Positions 36,170-44,885 are shown, counted from the stretch's first letter. The stretch is DNA of 64,000 bases from an uncultured Verrucomicrobiota bacterium (GCA_946055075.1 CAMGEN010000003.1:13036-77035), one strand, 5' to 3'. Notes: generated from the letters alone by a model not told the origin. Numbers and translations: made by a program.

Positions 36170-38264
36170 CCTTGTACACCTCCCCAGTGATTTTCCTATA
36201 TGCTTTGTGTCCCAATTTACTAACACTTAGATCGCCGTTTGCAAATATTGTAAACGTCTGTCTCGTATCGCTGGCGAAAACACCAACAGGACTCATTACC
36301 GAACCCAATGAATTACTTGTCCAGCCAAACGGGATCTTCCATATCCGCTCTCCACCCATCCATCCAAATAGCTCATCGTCTGTAAATTCTCCATTCTGTT
36401 TGATCCTTGGAAGAACACCAACGAACGCTGCGCTGTCATAACCATCCGTTGAATTATCCTCATTCACATAATGCCAACGACCGGCACCAGCGCTTATATT
36501 ATGCGTGGCAGAAAGTCTGTTCGTCGGGAAATACTGAAAATAACCTGTTGGCGGAATCTCGTCGCCGCATGGCACTTCTTCAACAAGCAAACCGTTGAAC
36601 GAAACTGTCTTTGGCAATATCCTATACTTCTGATTAAGTTCAACCCCACCGCAAGATCCAGCCGGAACAGATAAACCGCGAGCCACTACATCATATCCTT
36701 CTATTCCACTTGGCGTCAATACTGATATCATTGGTTCGTACACAACTTCACCTAACGACAATCGCAAGAAGTGATTCGTCTCTGCAACTCCCCACCGTAT
36801 GATATTGTACGCAGAAAGCGATGATGTCATTTTCGCGTCTGAAATTTCAACTTCCATCTCGGAGTGACATGAAGACACTTCCAATATGAATGGCTCATTA
36901 ATTCCATATTCATGGCGATACAAACTCTCATTCTCAAATGCAATGTTTATCACTTTCAATTCAACACGCACAGAAGTCAACGTATCCGAATCGGTAAGCG
37001 CGGTACCGCCGTTGCGAGGCGTGAAGGTTCCAGTCGCGACGATGTCGTCTGCGGCTGTGCTCGGATCCTCGCCTTCATAGCACACGTCAAACGCGACCTT
37101 CTGCATCGGCGGAACGAAGGTGCGTTCCGGCAGCGATCCTTCGACCGCGGTCAGCCTGGAAGCGTTCGCGAGAGAGAACTCCGCAAAGCCGCCGGCGTAA
37201 CCGCCGTGAACTAGGCACGACAATGTCGTCTGCGTCGACCGCCGCGGCACTGTGCTCGTCGGATTGTTATTGTAGGCATCCTCAAATATTACTGCGGGGG
37301 CGGAGAAGCCGACCGTGATTCCTTCCGCATAGGGCCCATCATCCACCTGCGGATGCAGAGATTCGTCATTATGGTTCGGACAGTCGCAGTACCCGCCAAG
37401 GCATGGCAGCGAATACCCTTCATACTGATACGCACCGGCAGCGTAACATCCATTGCAAGTGCACTTCCCGGAATGAGCATACCAGAACTCATTGCCATTT
37501 CCGGTAATCGAGCAACAGGAATTCGTCCAGACGAACGCACCGCCAAGGTTCGACGGACGGACTCGCATCAGAAAGCTGAGCCCATTACCTTCTAACGCGG
37601 TGACACGAACCGGGCGAACGACCGAAAACGCGCATTCGGAGCCATTGCTCACGACTGCTTCCGTGTCAGACACGCCGACACAACTGATGGCGGTATTTGC
37701 ATTCGCGACATAGCCCTTCCCCATCAGCAGCTTCACGCGATTGGTCTCGCCGGGCACCGCCCAGAAGTCGGGATCAGGGAGATCGGAAGCACCATCACCA
37801 GTGAAGACGATGTGCGCGTGATCATCCGCGACGACGTCGATGGTGTAGTAGGCGTTCGTGTTCGAGGTCGGTGGCAAAGTCGGCTCCTCATAACGATTAT
37901 ACACCGTCGGATCACTGCCGAATCCAATCGTGTACTTCGTCGTCGTTCCCGCGACTGGAATTCTATATCCGGGCGGCGGCAGAATCGAATACGCTTGTGA
38001 CGGATCAAACGGCGAAACCATATTGGAGCAGGTGACCCCGAGCGGATAATACTGATCGTCAATCACGCCGTCACCGTCGGAATCCGCGGGAAAATCCAAA
38101 CCGAAGAAAGCCTGATTAAAAAACGAGGTCGGAAACTGCGACATATCGAATTGCACCGTCAGCGAAGATTCGTTTTCATAGTCATGCTCGTAGACGTTCG
38201 TCCATACCGGGTGCTCAAGATTGTCTGCGGCTTGGTGGCGCAGACATGTACTGTCACACCGCAC
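36150..38264 (-). CDS. large Cys-rich hypothetical protein with calcium-binding-like DSDGDGVIDD motif and a compositionally distinct C-terminal ~280 aa
   Basis: 704-aa ORF with a GTG start and no signal peptide in this frame. Cys-rich stretch KCTCNGCYAAG...CLGGYCDCPNH. I recognise no family. Confidence 0.6.
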   Translation of the reverse strand: MRCDSTCLRHQAADNLEHPVWTNVYEHDYENESSLTVQFDMSQFPTSFFNQAFFGLDFPADSDGDGVIDDQYYPLGVTCSNMVSPFDPSQAYSILPPPGYRIPVAGTTTKYTIGFGSDPTVYNRYEEPTLPPTSNTNAYYTIDVVADDHAHIVFTGDGASDLPDPDFWAVPGETNRVKLLMGKGYVANANTAISCVGVSDTEAVVSNGSECAFSVVRPVRVTALEGNGLSFLMRVRPSNLGGAFVWTNSCCSITGNGNEFWYAHSGKCTCNGCYAAGAYQYEGYSLPCLGGYCDCPNHNDESLHPQVDDGPYAEGITVGFSAPAVIFEDAYNNNPTSTVPRRSTQTTLSCLVHGGYAGGFAEFSLANASRLTAVEGSLPERTFVPPMQKVAFDVCYEGEDPSTAADDIVATGTFTPRNGGTALTDSDTLTSVRVELKVINIAFENESLYRHEYGINEPFILEVSSCHSEMEVEISDAKMTSSLSAYNIIRWGVAETNHFLRLSLGEVVYEPMISVLTPSGIEGYDVVARGLSVPAGSCGGVELNQKYRILPKTVSFNGLLVEEVPCGDEIPPTGYFQYFPTNRLSATHNISAGAGRWHYVNEDNSTDGYDSAAFVGVLPRIKQNGEFTDDELFGWMGGERIWKIPFGWTSNSLGSVMSPVGVFASDTRQTFTIFANGDLSVSKLGHKAYRKITGEVYKDGAEAE

Positions 38265-38413
38265 ATCAACATGAACAGCACAAATGAGATCGCGGTGCAG
38301 CGGCGGCTGGTGCGCCTTAATTCATCTGCGGCAGCCAACGCCAGTTGCCAGACCAATGCCACGGCAAATAACAGCGCCACAGACAGGATAATGGCTTGGC
38401 GGACCATGCTCAT
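38159..38413 (-). CDS. small hydrophobic ORF, either an independent membrane peptide or the frameshifted signal-peptide-bearing N-terminus of the 704-aa ORF
   Basis: MSMVRQAIILSVALLFAVALVWQLALAAA looks like a signal peptide or anchor. It overlaps ORF 36150..38264 by 106 nt in a different frame. Confidence 0.3.
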   Translation of the reverse strand: MSMVRQAIILSVALLFAVALVWQLALAAADELRRTSRRCTAISFVLFMLMCGVTVHVCATKPQTILSTRYGRTSTSMTMKTNLR

Positions 38414-38414
38414 A

Positions 38415-39254
38415 TCAAACAGAAATTGTTTGTAGATATTCTATCACATCCGTAAAGAAGTTTTCAGGCGTCGAGGCACCGGAGGTGACGCCGAGCACGG
38501 AAACGCCCGAGAAATCGATGGCCTTCACCTCGTCCAACGTTCCGGCGCGGAACACCTTAGCGCATTTCGCCACTTCGCAGAGACGACGGGTATTGGACGA
38601 ATTGACACTCCCGAGGACGAGTAGCGCATCGCCGACGAACGCCTTCACCGCATCCTGCCTCGCCTTGGTCGCGTTACAGACCTCGGCCATCGTCTCAACC
38701 TCGTATTCCCCACGAAGCTTCTCAACGACATCCGCCACCTCGTCTGCATTCATCGTCGTCTGAGAGACGACACCCAAAGTGAGTTGAGAAGTTGAGAAGT
38801 TGCGGGTTGAGGGGTTATAGACGACCGAATCAAGGACTTCGCCGGTGATGCCCTTCACTTCGGCATGATCGGGATTGCCAATAACGACGACCTGGCGCCC
38901 ACTAGACGCGAACTCCTTCGCGGCCTTATGCACCTTCTCGACAAACGGACACGTCGCGTCCACCACCATGAGCTTCCGCTCCTCGGCCTGAGCACGTACC
39001 GCAGGCGAGACGCCATGGGCAGAAAACAGCACCGTCGCCCCTTCCGGGACCTCATTCAGCGATTCAACGAAAACCATCCCGAGACGCTTCAAGTCGTTCA
39101 CGACGAGTTCGTTATGCACAAGTTCGTGAAGGCAGTAGACGGGTGCGGGGTGCTGGGTGCATGGTGCAGAGGGAGAGAGCAGAGACTGGGCTTTGCGCAG
39201 GGCGTTAGTGACTCCGGCGCAAAAACCGTGGGGCTCAATGACTTGAATACGCAT
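38415..39254 (-). CDS. ispH: 4-hydroxy-3-methylbut-2-enyl diphosphate reductase
   Basis: Start at MRIQVIEPHGFCAGV (39254). LytB family (HELVHN, SAHG, SQTT). The track start 39320 is a GTG inside the heptamer array. Confidence 0.9.
   Translation of the reverse strand: MRIQVIEPHGFCAGVTNALRKAQSLLSPSAPCTQHPAPVYCLHELVHNELVVNDLKRLGMVFVESLNEVPEGATVLFSAHGVSPAVRAQAEERKLMVVDATCPFVEKVHKAAKEFASSGRQVVVIGNPDHAEVKGITGEVLDSVVYNPSTRNFSTSQLTLGVVSQTTMNADEVADVVEKLRGEYEVETMAEVCNATKARQDAVKAFVGDALLVLGSVNSSNTRRLCEVAKCAKVFRAGTLDEVKAIDFSGVSVLGVTSGASTPENFFTDVIEYLQTISV
38779..38816 (+). repeat. GTTGAGA/GTTGAGG array inside ispH (in frame, pyrimidine strand is sense)
   Basis: AGTGAGTTGAGAAGTTGAGAAGTTGCGGGTTGAGGGGTT. 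Encodes NPSTRNFSTSQLT. Confidence 0.8.
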
Positions 39255-39262
39255 CAGCAGAC

Positions 39263-39336
39263 TTCCGCAACTCTTCACCCCGCACCCTGCACTCCGCACC
39301 CTGCACCCTGCACTCCGCACTCTTCACTTCTCTTAG
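39263..39336 (-). repeat. heptamer array (CACCCYG/CACTCCG units on the plus strand) with termini like those of the 44-nt element, at the mazG-ispH junction
   Basis: CTTCCGCAACTCTTC ACCCCG CACCCTG CACTCCG CACCCTG CACCCTG CACTCCG CACTCTT CACTTCT CTTAGC. Confidence 0.85.
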
Positions 39337-40117
39337 CTTTCTGCCAAAGCGCCTCCATCTCGTCAATCGTCATCTCCTTGAGCGACCTGCCCGAATCCTT
39401 CGCCGCGGCTTCGACAGTACGGAAACGTTTAGCGAATTTCGCGGTAGTGAGTTCAACGGCTGATTCCGCATCGACCTTGAGGTGACGCGCGAGGTTGGTG
39501 ACGGAAAAGATAAGATCGCCGAGCTCCTGCTTGACACGATCGGAATCCGCCGGATTCTCGCTCTTTCGGGCGGCGATCTCCGCTTCGAGCTCAGCCAGCT
39601 CCTCCTTGATCTTCGCGAGCGGACCTTCAGCATCGCGCCAGTCAAAGCCGACGCGCGAGGCCTTCTCCTGGGTGCGCTGCGCCTTGAGGAGCCCGGGCAA
39701 CGTCGGCGGAACCCCGTCCAACGCCGAATGCCGAGCCTCCTTCTTGTGCTCAAGCTGCTTGAGCTGCTCCCAGTTCTTCAACACCGTCGCGGGGTCATCC
39801 GCCTTCACGTCGCCGAACACGTGGGGATGGCGATGGACAAGCTTGTCGGCAACGCCATTGGCGACATCGTCGAAGGTAAACCGTCCCTCGTTCTCGGCCA
39901 TCACGCTCTGGAACATGATCTGAAGAAGCACGTCGCCGAGTTCCTCGATATAATTGACCTGATCATCGGGATTGTCCATCGCCGCAAGGAGTTCGTAGGT
40001 CTCTTCTAATACGCAAGGCTTAAGCGACTCCAGCGTCTGAACCCTATCCCAAGGACAACCCGTCCGAGGATTCCTCAGACGGGTCATAATCTCATGCAAC
40101 CGTTCTATTCCTGTCAT
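39275..40117 (-). CDS. mazG: nucleoside triphosphate pyrophosphohydrolase MazG
   Basis: Tandem MazG domains (EETYELLAAM..., ELGDLIFS...). The last ~17 aa (SEECGVQGAGCGVQGAG) are encoded by the heptamer array. Confidence 0.85.
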   Translation of the reverse strand: MTGIERLHEIMTRLRNPRTGCPWDRVQTLESLKPCVLEETYELLAAMDNPDDQVNYIEELGDVLLQIMFQSVMAENEGRFTFDDVANGVADKLVHRHPHVFGDVKADDPATVLKNWEQLKQLEHKKEARHSALDGVPPTLPGLLKAQRTQEKASRVGFDWRDAEGPLAKIKEELAELEAEIAARKSENPADSDRVKQELGDLIFSVTNLARHLKVDAESAVELTTAKFAKRFRTVEAAAKDSGRSLKEMTIDEMEALWQKAKRSEECGVQGAGCGVQGAG

Positions 40118-40198
40118 ATGTCACAAGTGGTAGCCAATAGTTGTAGTGGTACAGCGGAAATCGACCCTCCTTTGTACCACTACCACTTCCCACTACCA
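40118..40198. repeat. inverted GTGGTAG-type arrays forming a long hairpin with AAGGAGGG in the loop (between the HAD-like gene and mazG)
   Basis: Minus strand reads GTGGTAGTGGGAAGTGGTAGTGGTACA-AAGGAGGGTCGATTTCCGC-TGTACCACTACAACTATTGGCTACCAC. Confidence 0.8.
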
Positions 40199-40864
40199 CT
40201 AAATCCTAAGTATTTCCAACACCGTCTTCGCGGCCGGACCATTGAGCTCCTTCAAAAACTCGTCACAGCCGGTGAAATCCTGATACGCAGTGCGGGCATT
40301 CATCACCGCGACAGACCCCATTCCAGCCCTAAGCGCGGCCTTCACGCTGAACCCGGATCCGGCCACGGCTAACGCATTGTACGGACGCAGACGCGTCCGT
40401 ACGCACGCAAGCCGCCAAGCGTCCCACTTCATGCTACCATAGGTCGGCGACTCTTCCTGATAGAGCTCTACCAACGGATCAAGCAACGCGGCAAAAGTGC
40501 CGCGGACCTGCTCAACGTCGGCGCGAGTCACGATCACGACCTTCACTCCCTTCGCCGTCAGCGCCTTCACAAAGTTCACAAATGTCGCATTCAGAGGATT
40601 CATGACGGCAGCAGTGAACTCTTTACGAACCAGATCACTGAAATCTCGCGCCGCCTTAAGCGCGGTCTTCTTGGTCTTCACCACCTGGAAGTACTCCGCG
40701 AAGCAACCCTGATAACTGCCACCTGCAAAATGCCGCGCCTCAACCGCGGAATCAAAAGGAATCTCGCCGAGATCGGCGAGAAACCTTTCGGTTATCCGAG
40801 AAAGGAGCCCCGCGCCATCTATCGCCGCGAAGTCATATTCGATTATCACGCCTTTATCCGCCAT
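40199..40864 (-). CDS. HAD-like fold protein lacking the canonical DxDxT nucleophile motif
   Basis: N-terminus IIEYDFAAIDGAGL sits where HAD motif I would be. The rest resembles HAD cap and core. Confidence 0.5.
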   Translation of the reverse strand: MADKGVIIEYDFAAIDGAGLLSRITERFLADLGEIPFDSAVEARHFAGGSYQGCFAEYFQVVKTKKTALKAARDFSDLVRKEFTAAVMNPLNATFVNFVKALTAKGVKVVIVTRADVEQVRGTFAALLDPLVELYQEESPTYGSMKWDAWRLACVRTRLRPYNALAVAGSGFSVKAALRAGMGSVAVMNARTAYQDFTGCDEFLKELNGPAAKTVLEILRI

Positions 40865-40925
40865 GACAACTCCTTTCTTTTCCGTTCCATCTCAAGCTGG
40901 GCCCCTGGCCCAGATTACGCACCGC

Positions 40926-42167
40926 TTACTTAGCGATGCGTTTCTTACGGGGCTTGGGCTGCCCAATCTCCGAAAGGATCTTGCGGAAGCTACCCTTACG
41001 GACATTGAACGGCTTGCCGCCCTTGATACGCGGGAATTCGCACGCACGGATAACCGCGCTCGCGTTCTCGTCAGGACCAACGACGCCGGATACTCCCGTC
41101 ATGGCGCACTCGACAGCCTTGCGCGCACACTTCTCGATGAGCCCAAGATCCTTCTTGTTCGGAGCCGCCGCACGGGCGAAATAACCAGACTTGAAGACCT
41201 GCACCTTCTCGGCCTTGAGAAGCTCCCCGAAACGCTTACCGATGTACTGTCCGACATTGACCTTGTCAAGCCGCGGATGACCGAACGCATCAACCGGCAC
41301 CTCTTCGCCGCGCTTCTTCATCTCCTTAATGATGTCGTTGACACCCGCGCCTTCGGAAACGAAAATGTTGACGCTGTCGACCTTATCCATGATCGCGAGA
41401 AGACGCTTCGCCTCGGCCTTGAAGTCGATCTTGCACTCCGGAACGTATACGGCATGGACATCCTGACGAGCAAGAGTCTGATTGAACTCAGGAAGGAAGA
41501 GCCCCTTCGACTCCATCGACTTGAGCATCTTGCGATAATACTGCGCGGTCTTATAGGTAAGCCAACCGCAATTACGCCCCATGACCTCGTGAATCGTAAG
41601 CGCACGAGGATTCGCACTGTTCTCCTTGACGACGTTCATGAAGAACTTCGCACCCTCTTCAGCCGCCGTCCAGGCGCCGAGAGACTGCTTGATCGGATAA
41701 ACGTCGTTATCGATGGTCTTCGGAAGCCCGACGACGATCAACGGATAATTGTTCGTCGAAAGATAAGCCGCAAGATCGGCCGCCGTGGTGTTCGTGTCGT
41801 CACCGCCGATAGTATGAAGAACGTCAACCCCGTCCTTGACAAGCTGATCGGCCGCAACCTTAAGCGGATCCTCACCTTCCTTGACAAGCCCGCGCTTGAC
41901 GCAATCCTTAACATTCGTGAGCTTCACACGGCTGTTACCGATCGGAGAACCGCCATGCTTGGTGAGCACAAGCGCGTGCTTACGTACCTCGGGCGTAACC
42001 GGAATCGAATCACCCTTCAAAAGACCCATATATCCATTGACATAGCCGATCATTTCGACATTCGGCGCCTTCTTGTTGTACTCGTCAATCAGGAACCCAA
42101 TCGAACTGGAGAGACACGGAGCGAGACCGCCCGCGGTAAGAAACGCAACCTTCTTCACTTCTTTCAT
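40926..42167 (-). CDS. pfp: pyrophosphate-dependent phosphofructokinase
   Basis: 413 aa, PFK family, with FLTAGGLAPC, TIGGDDT and PKTIDND motifs. Confidence 0.85.
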   Translation of the reverse strand: MKEVKKVAFLTAGGLAPCLSSSIGFLIDEYNKKAPNVEMIGYVNGYMGLLKGDSIPVTPEVRKHALVLTKHGGSPIGNSRVKLTNVKDCVKRGLVKEGEDPLKVAADQLVKDGVDVLHTIGGDDTNTTAADLAAYLSTNNYPLIVVGLPKTIDNDVYPIKQSLGAWTAAEEGAKFFMNVVKENSANPRALTIHEVMGRNCGWLTYKTAQYYRKMLKSMESKGLFLPEFNQTLARQDVHAVYVPECKIDFKAEAKRLLAIMDKVDSVNIFVSEGAGVNDIIKEMKKRGEEVPVDAFGHPRLDKVNVGQYIGKRFGELLKAEKVQVFKSGYFARAAAPNKKDLGLIEKCARKAVECAMTGVSGVVGPDENASAVIRACEFPRIKGGKPFNVRKGSFRKILSEIGQPKPRKKRIAK

Positions 42168-42273
42168 TTTATTTTTTCTTTCACTTAATTATCAACAAAT
42201 CTTCTGCCCGCTATTCGTTGTCAACAGCAAGTAATCCTGTCACTGCTCCGCTGACAACCAATAACCTCGGCCT

Positions 42274-42732
42274 TCATATCGCCTTCACGACATTGACCAT
42301 TTCAATCGCCGAAACCATCGCCGAGAAACCCTTGTTGCCCTGCTTGGTGCCACAGCGCTCGACCGCCTGCTCAAGATTCTCGGCCGCGACAATACCGTCC
42401 AACACCGGAACGCCGGTCTTAAGCGAAATTTTCGTAAACGCCTCGGATGTCGCAGATTCAATAAGCATAGCATGAGGCGTAGCACCCTGCACAACCGCAC
42501 CCAGCGCAACAACGGCATCGTAATTCTTCTCCGCAAGCTTCAGCGCCGCAAGCGGAAGCTCGTATGCGCCAGGAACCTTGACTAGTGTGAGATTCTTCTC
42601 GTCGCCGCCATGCCGAACAAACGCATCAACCGCACCCTTAACGAGCTGTTCGGTGAGAAAACTATTGAATCGGCTGACAATTACCGCGACCTTCATGCTT
42701 TTCGCGGAAAGTTCACCATTGATTTCTTTCAT
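42274..42732 (-). CDS. ribH: 6,7-dimethyl-8-ribityllumazine synthase
   Basis: Start at MKEINGELSAKSMKVAVIVSRFNSF (42732). Lumazine synthase family. Confidence 0.9.
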   Translation of the reverse strand: MKEINGELSAKSMKVAVIVSRFNSFLTEQLVKGAVDAFVRHGGDEKNLTLVKVPGAYELPLAALKLAEKNYDAVVALGAVVQGATPHAMLIESATSEAFTKISLKTGVPVLDGIVAAENLEQAVERCGTKQGNKGFSAMVSAIEMVNVVKAI

Positions 42733-42783
42733 TGCCTTCTTTCCCTTTTTTCCAACAAAACGGCGCACATTTTATCAAATAAG

Positions 42784-43401
42784 TCAGTTTCTGTCAATCA
42801 TCCCACGCTGCCGCGCCAATGATACCGCTTCCGCACGATCTCCCGCTCCCAATTTGAAGAAAGCACGTTTAAGATGCATTTTCACGGAGTTTTCGCTGAT
42901 CCCCAGCTTTTCACCGATTTCGCGATTGCCAAGACCCTTACCAACTTCGGAAATCACTTCTGCCTCACGTGGGGACAGTCCCTTCATACCTTTGCGAGTT
43001 TCATAGATCTTCCGCACTTCTTCCGTCATATATACATCGCCGGACATCGCCGAACGAATAGCGGCAATAATGATCTCGACTGGACTTTCCTTCATCACAT
43101 AGCCGAGCGCACCCTCTTCAATGGACCGATACACGTCCTCAATGGTATCTGATGTCGTCAACATCACAACCCTAGCCTTCGGATTGGTTGCCAATATTTC
43201 CTTAAGAACTTCAATACCGTTCTCATCCGGCATACGCACATCCAACAATACCACATCCGGCTTAGTCTGCGCCACAAACTGCGCCGCACCCTTACCACCG
43301 GCAAAATCTCCGGCAAAACTCAACTCCGAATCGGACTCAATAATATACTTGAGCCCAGTCCTCACGACCACATGGTCATCAATTACCGCAACCTTAATCA
43401 T
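42784..43401 (-). CDS. NarL/FixJ-type response regulator (REC plus LuxR HTH); no kinase adjacent
   Basis: Receiver Asp in VVLLDVRMPD. C-terminal LSPREAEVISEVGKGLGNREIGEKLGISENSVKMH. Confidence 0.85.
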   Translation of the reverse strand: MIKVAVIDDHVVVRTGLKYIIESDSELSFAGDFAGGKGAAQFVAQTKPDVVLLDVRMPDENGIEVLKEILATNPKARVVMLTTSDTIEDVYRSIEEGALGYVMKESPVEIIIAAIRSAMSGDVYMTEEVRKIYETRKGMKGLSPREAEVISEVGKGLGNREIGEKLGISENSVKMHLKRAFFKLGAGDRAEAVSLARQRGMIDRN

Positions 43402-43439
43402 GCGGCTATTATATCATAAAGTTAGAGTATTTTGTCAAA

Positions 43440-44099
43440 TTAAACCACGCTTAACAAGTCGGCGAGAGATTCCATTCGCAGCGCATAACTAGACTCTCCC
43501 AGCGAACCGAAGCCATAGGCGCAGAACGCGCCCTTCACACCGGCGTTAGCCGCACAATCAAGATCAGTCCAGCTGTCACCGACCATCCAGTCCGCCGGCG
43601 TAAGCGTATGCCCGAGCCTTGCAGCACACTCCAGAAGCGGTTTCGCCGAAGGCTTCTTCTCGTCACAATCCCCGCCGGCGACCACCGCGGACCCGAACAG
43701 CTTATCAAGCTTAAAATGTTCGAGAATCGCCTTAGTAGCGAAATTAGGCTTCGAGGTATTAACCCCGAGCGGACACCCGCGACGCGCAAGTTCATGCAAC
43801 GTCTCCTCCACCCCAGGATAAAGCGCACAATGCTCCAGCATATGCTCGGCATAATGCGATCGGAATATCTCCCACAGGCGATTGGTTATCTCCTCCCGCG
43901 GCAAAGATGCCGCGTCTGCAAACGGCTCTGGAATCGCATGCGCAAGCAGATACTTCGCACCCTGTCCCACACACGCCAGCACCGCCTCCTGCGAAATCTC
44001 CGAAAGTCCGAGATCCCGACGCGTATGATTGACCGTCGCGGCGAGATCCGCACGCGAATCGATTATCGTACCGTCCATATCAAAAAAGAATGCTGGCAT
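43440..44099 (-). CDS. HAD phosphatase (phosphoglycolate phosphatase-like)
   Basis: FFFDMDGTIIDS motif, with GDSWTD in motif IV. Confidence 0.8.
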   Translation of the reverse strand: MPAFFFDMDGTIIDSRADLAATVNHTRRDLGLSEISQEAVLACVGQGAKYLLAHAIPEPFADAASLPREEITNRLWEIFRSHYAEHMLEHCALYPGVEETLHELARRGCPLGVNTSKPNFATKAILEHFKLDKLFGSAVVAGGDCDEKKPSAKPLLECAARLGHTLTPADWMVGDSWTDLDCAANAGVKGAFCAYGFGSLGESSYALRMESLADLLSVV

Positions 44100-44101
44100 A
44101 C

Positions 44102-44140
44102 GTAGTTGAGGGGTTGAGAGGTTGAGGGGTTGAGGGGTTT
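44102..44140 (+). repeat. GGTTGAGG octamer/heptamer array between rluA and the gph-like gene
   Basis: GTAGTTGAGGGGTTGAGAGGTTGAGGGGTTGAGGGGTTT. Confidence 0.85.
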
Positions 44141-44885
44141 AGAACGGGGAGGGAGACGAGAATTCCAACCACTCGGAGGTATGTGGATGCTTGAAACGGA
44201 GACGGAGAGCGTGAAGGTAAAGGCGGTCGGATCTAGTCCCGCCGTATTTCACGTCACCGACCACCGGGTGCCCCGCCTCCGAGAAATGCACGCGAATCTG
44301 ATTTTTGCGACCGGACTTGAGGGTGACTTCGACGAGGGAATGGGGAACGGGGGATGGGGAATGAGGAACGGGGGAGAGGAGCTTCCATTCGGTGCGGGCA
44401 AATTTGGGCTTTCTAGAATCAGAGCTACCGAAAACTCTTGATCCGCCGACTGCAACCGATCTGACCTTGTAACCATCAGCGTCTTCCAACAGATAAGACT
44501 CGAAAACTCCGTATGACTTTTCAAACCCACCCTGGACCTTCGCGATATAAGTCTTCTCGGTGAGTTCGTTCCAGTTCGAACGAAAATACTCGGCGACGGC
44601 TTCAGACTTCGCGAACATCATCACACCACTGGTCTCGCGGTCAAGACGATGGACAAGCCAGACACGGTTGCGGCTCTTGAGCTGTCCCTTCCGCACATAA
44701 TCGTTGAGAACGTTCTCCGCCGTCAGCTGCGCTTCCCGCGCCGCCCGCCCAACTACCTTTGTGTGCGTGGTGAGCATCCCCGCGGGCTTGTCGATCACGA
44801 TCACATCGCGATCTTCGTATAAAACGTCAAAGGGAAGCCGATGCCTTCCCTTTGCGCTTCCTGGGAATTTATCCACCGCTCTCAA
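44139..44885 (-). CDS. RluA-family pseudouridine synthase
   Basis: Motifs HRLDRETSGVMMFAK and GRKNQIRVH. The TTG track start lies inside a heptamer array, and a GTG at 44876 is an alternative. Confidence 0.85.
   Translation of the reverse strand: MRAVDKFPGSAKGRHRLPFDVLYEDRDVIVIDKPAGMLTTHTKVVGRAAREAQLTAENVLNDYVRKGQLKSRNRVWLVHRLDRETSGVMMFAKSEAVAEYFRSNWNELTEKTYIAKVQGGFEKSYGVFESYLLEDADGYKVRSVAVGGSRVFGSSDSRKPKFARTEWKLLSPVPHSPSPVPHSLVEVTLKSGRKNQIRVHFSEAGHPVVGDVKYGGTRSDRLYLHALRLRFKHPHTSEWLEFSSPSPF
44337..44379 (+). repeat. GGGGAAT/GGGGAAC array inside rluA (in frame)
   Basis: GGGAATGGGGAACGGGGGATGGGGAATGAGGAACGGGGGAGAGG. Encodes SPVPHSPSPVPHSL. Confidence 0.85.

Larger units (their letters stand above)
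34700..38413. other. low-GC accessory island (three to four unrecognised genes)
   Basis: Spot counts give 25/60 G+C at lines 35521 and 36601, against 39/60 at 33541. The compositional break lies near 36990-37000, inside the large ORF. Confidence 0.7.
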
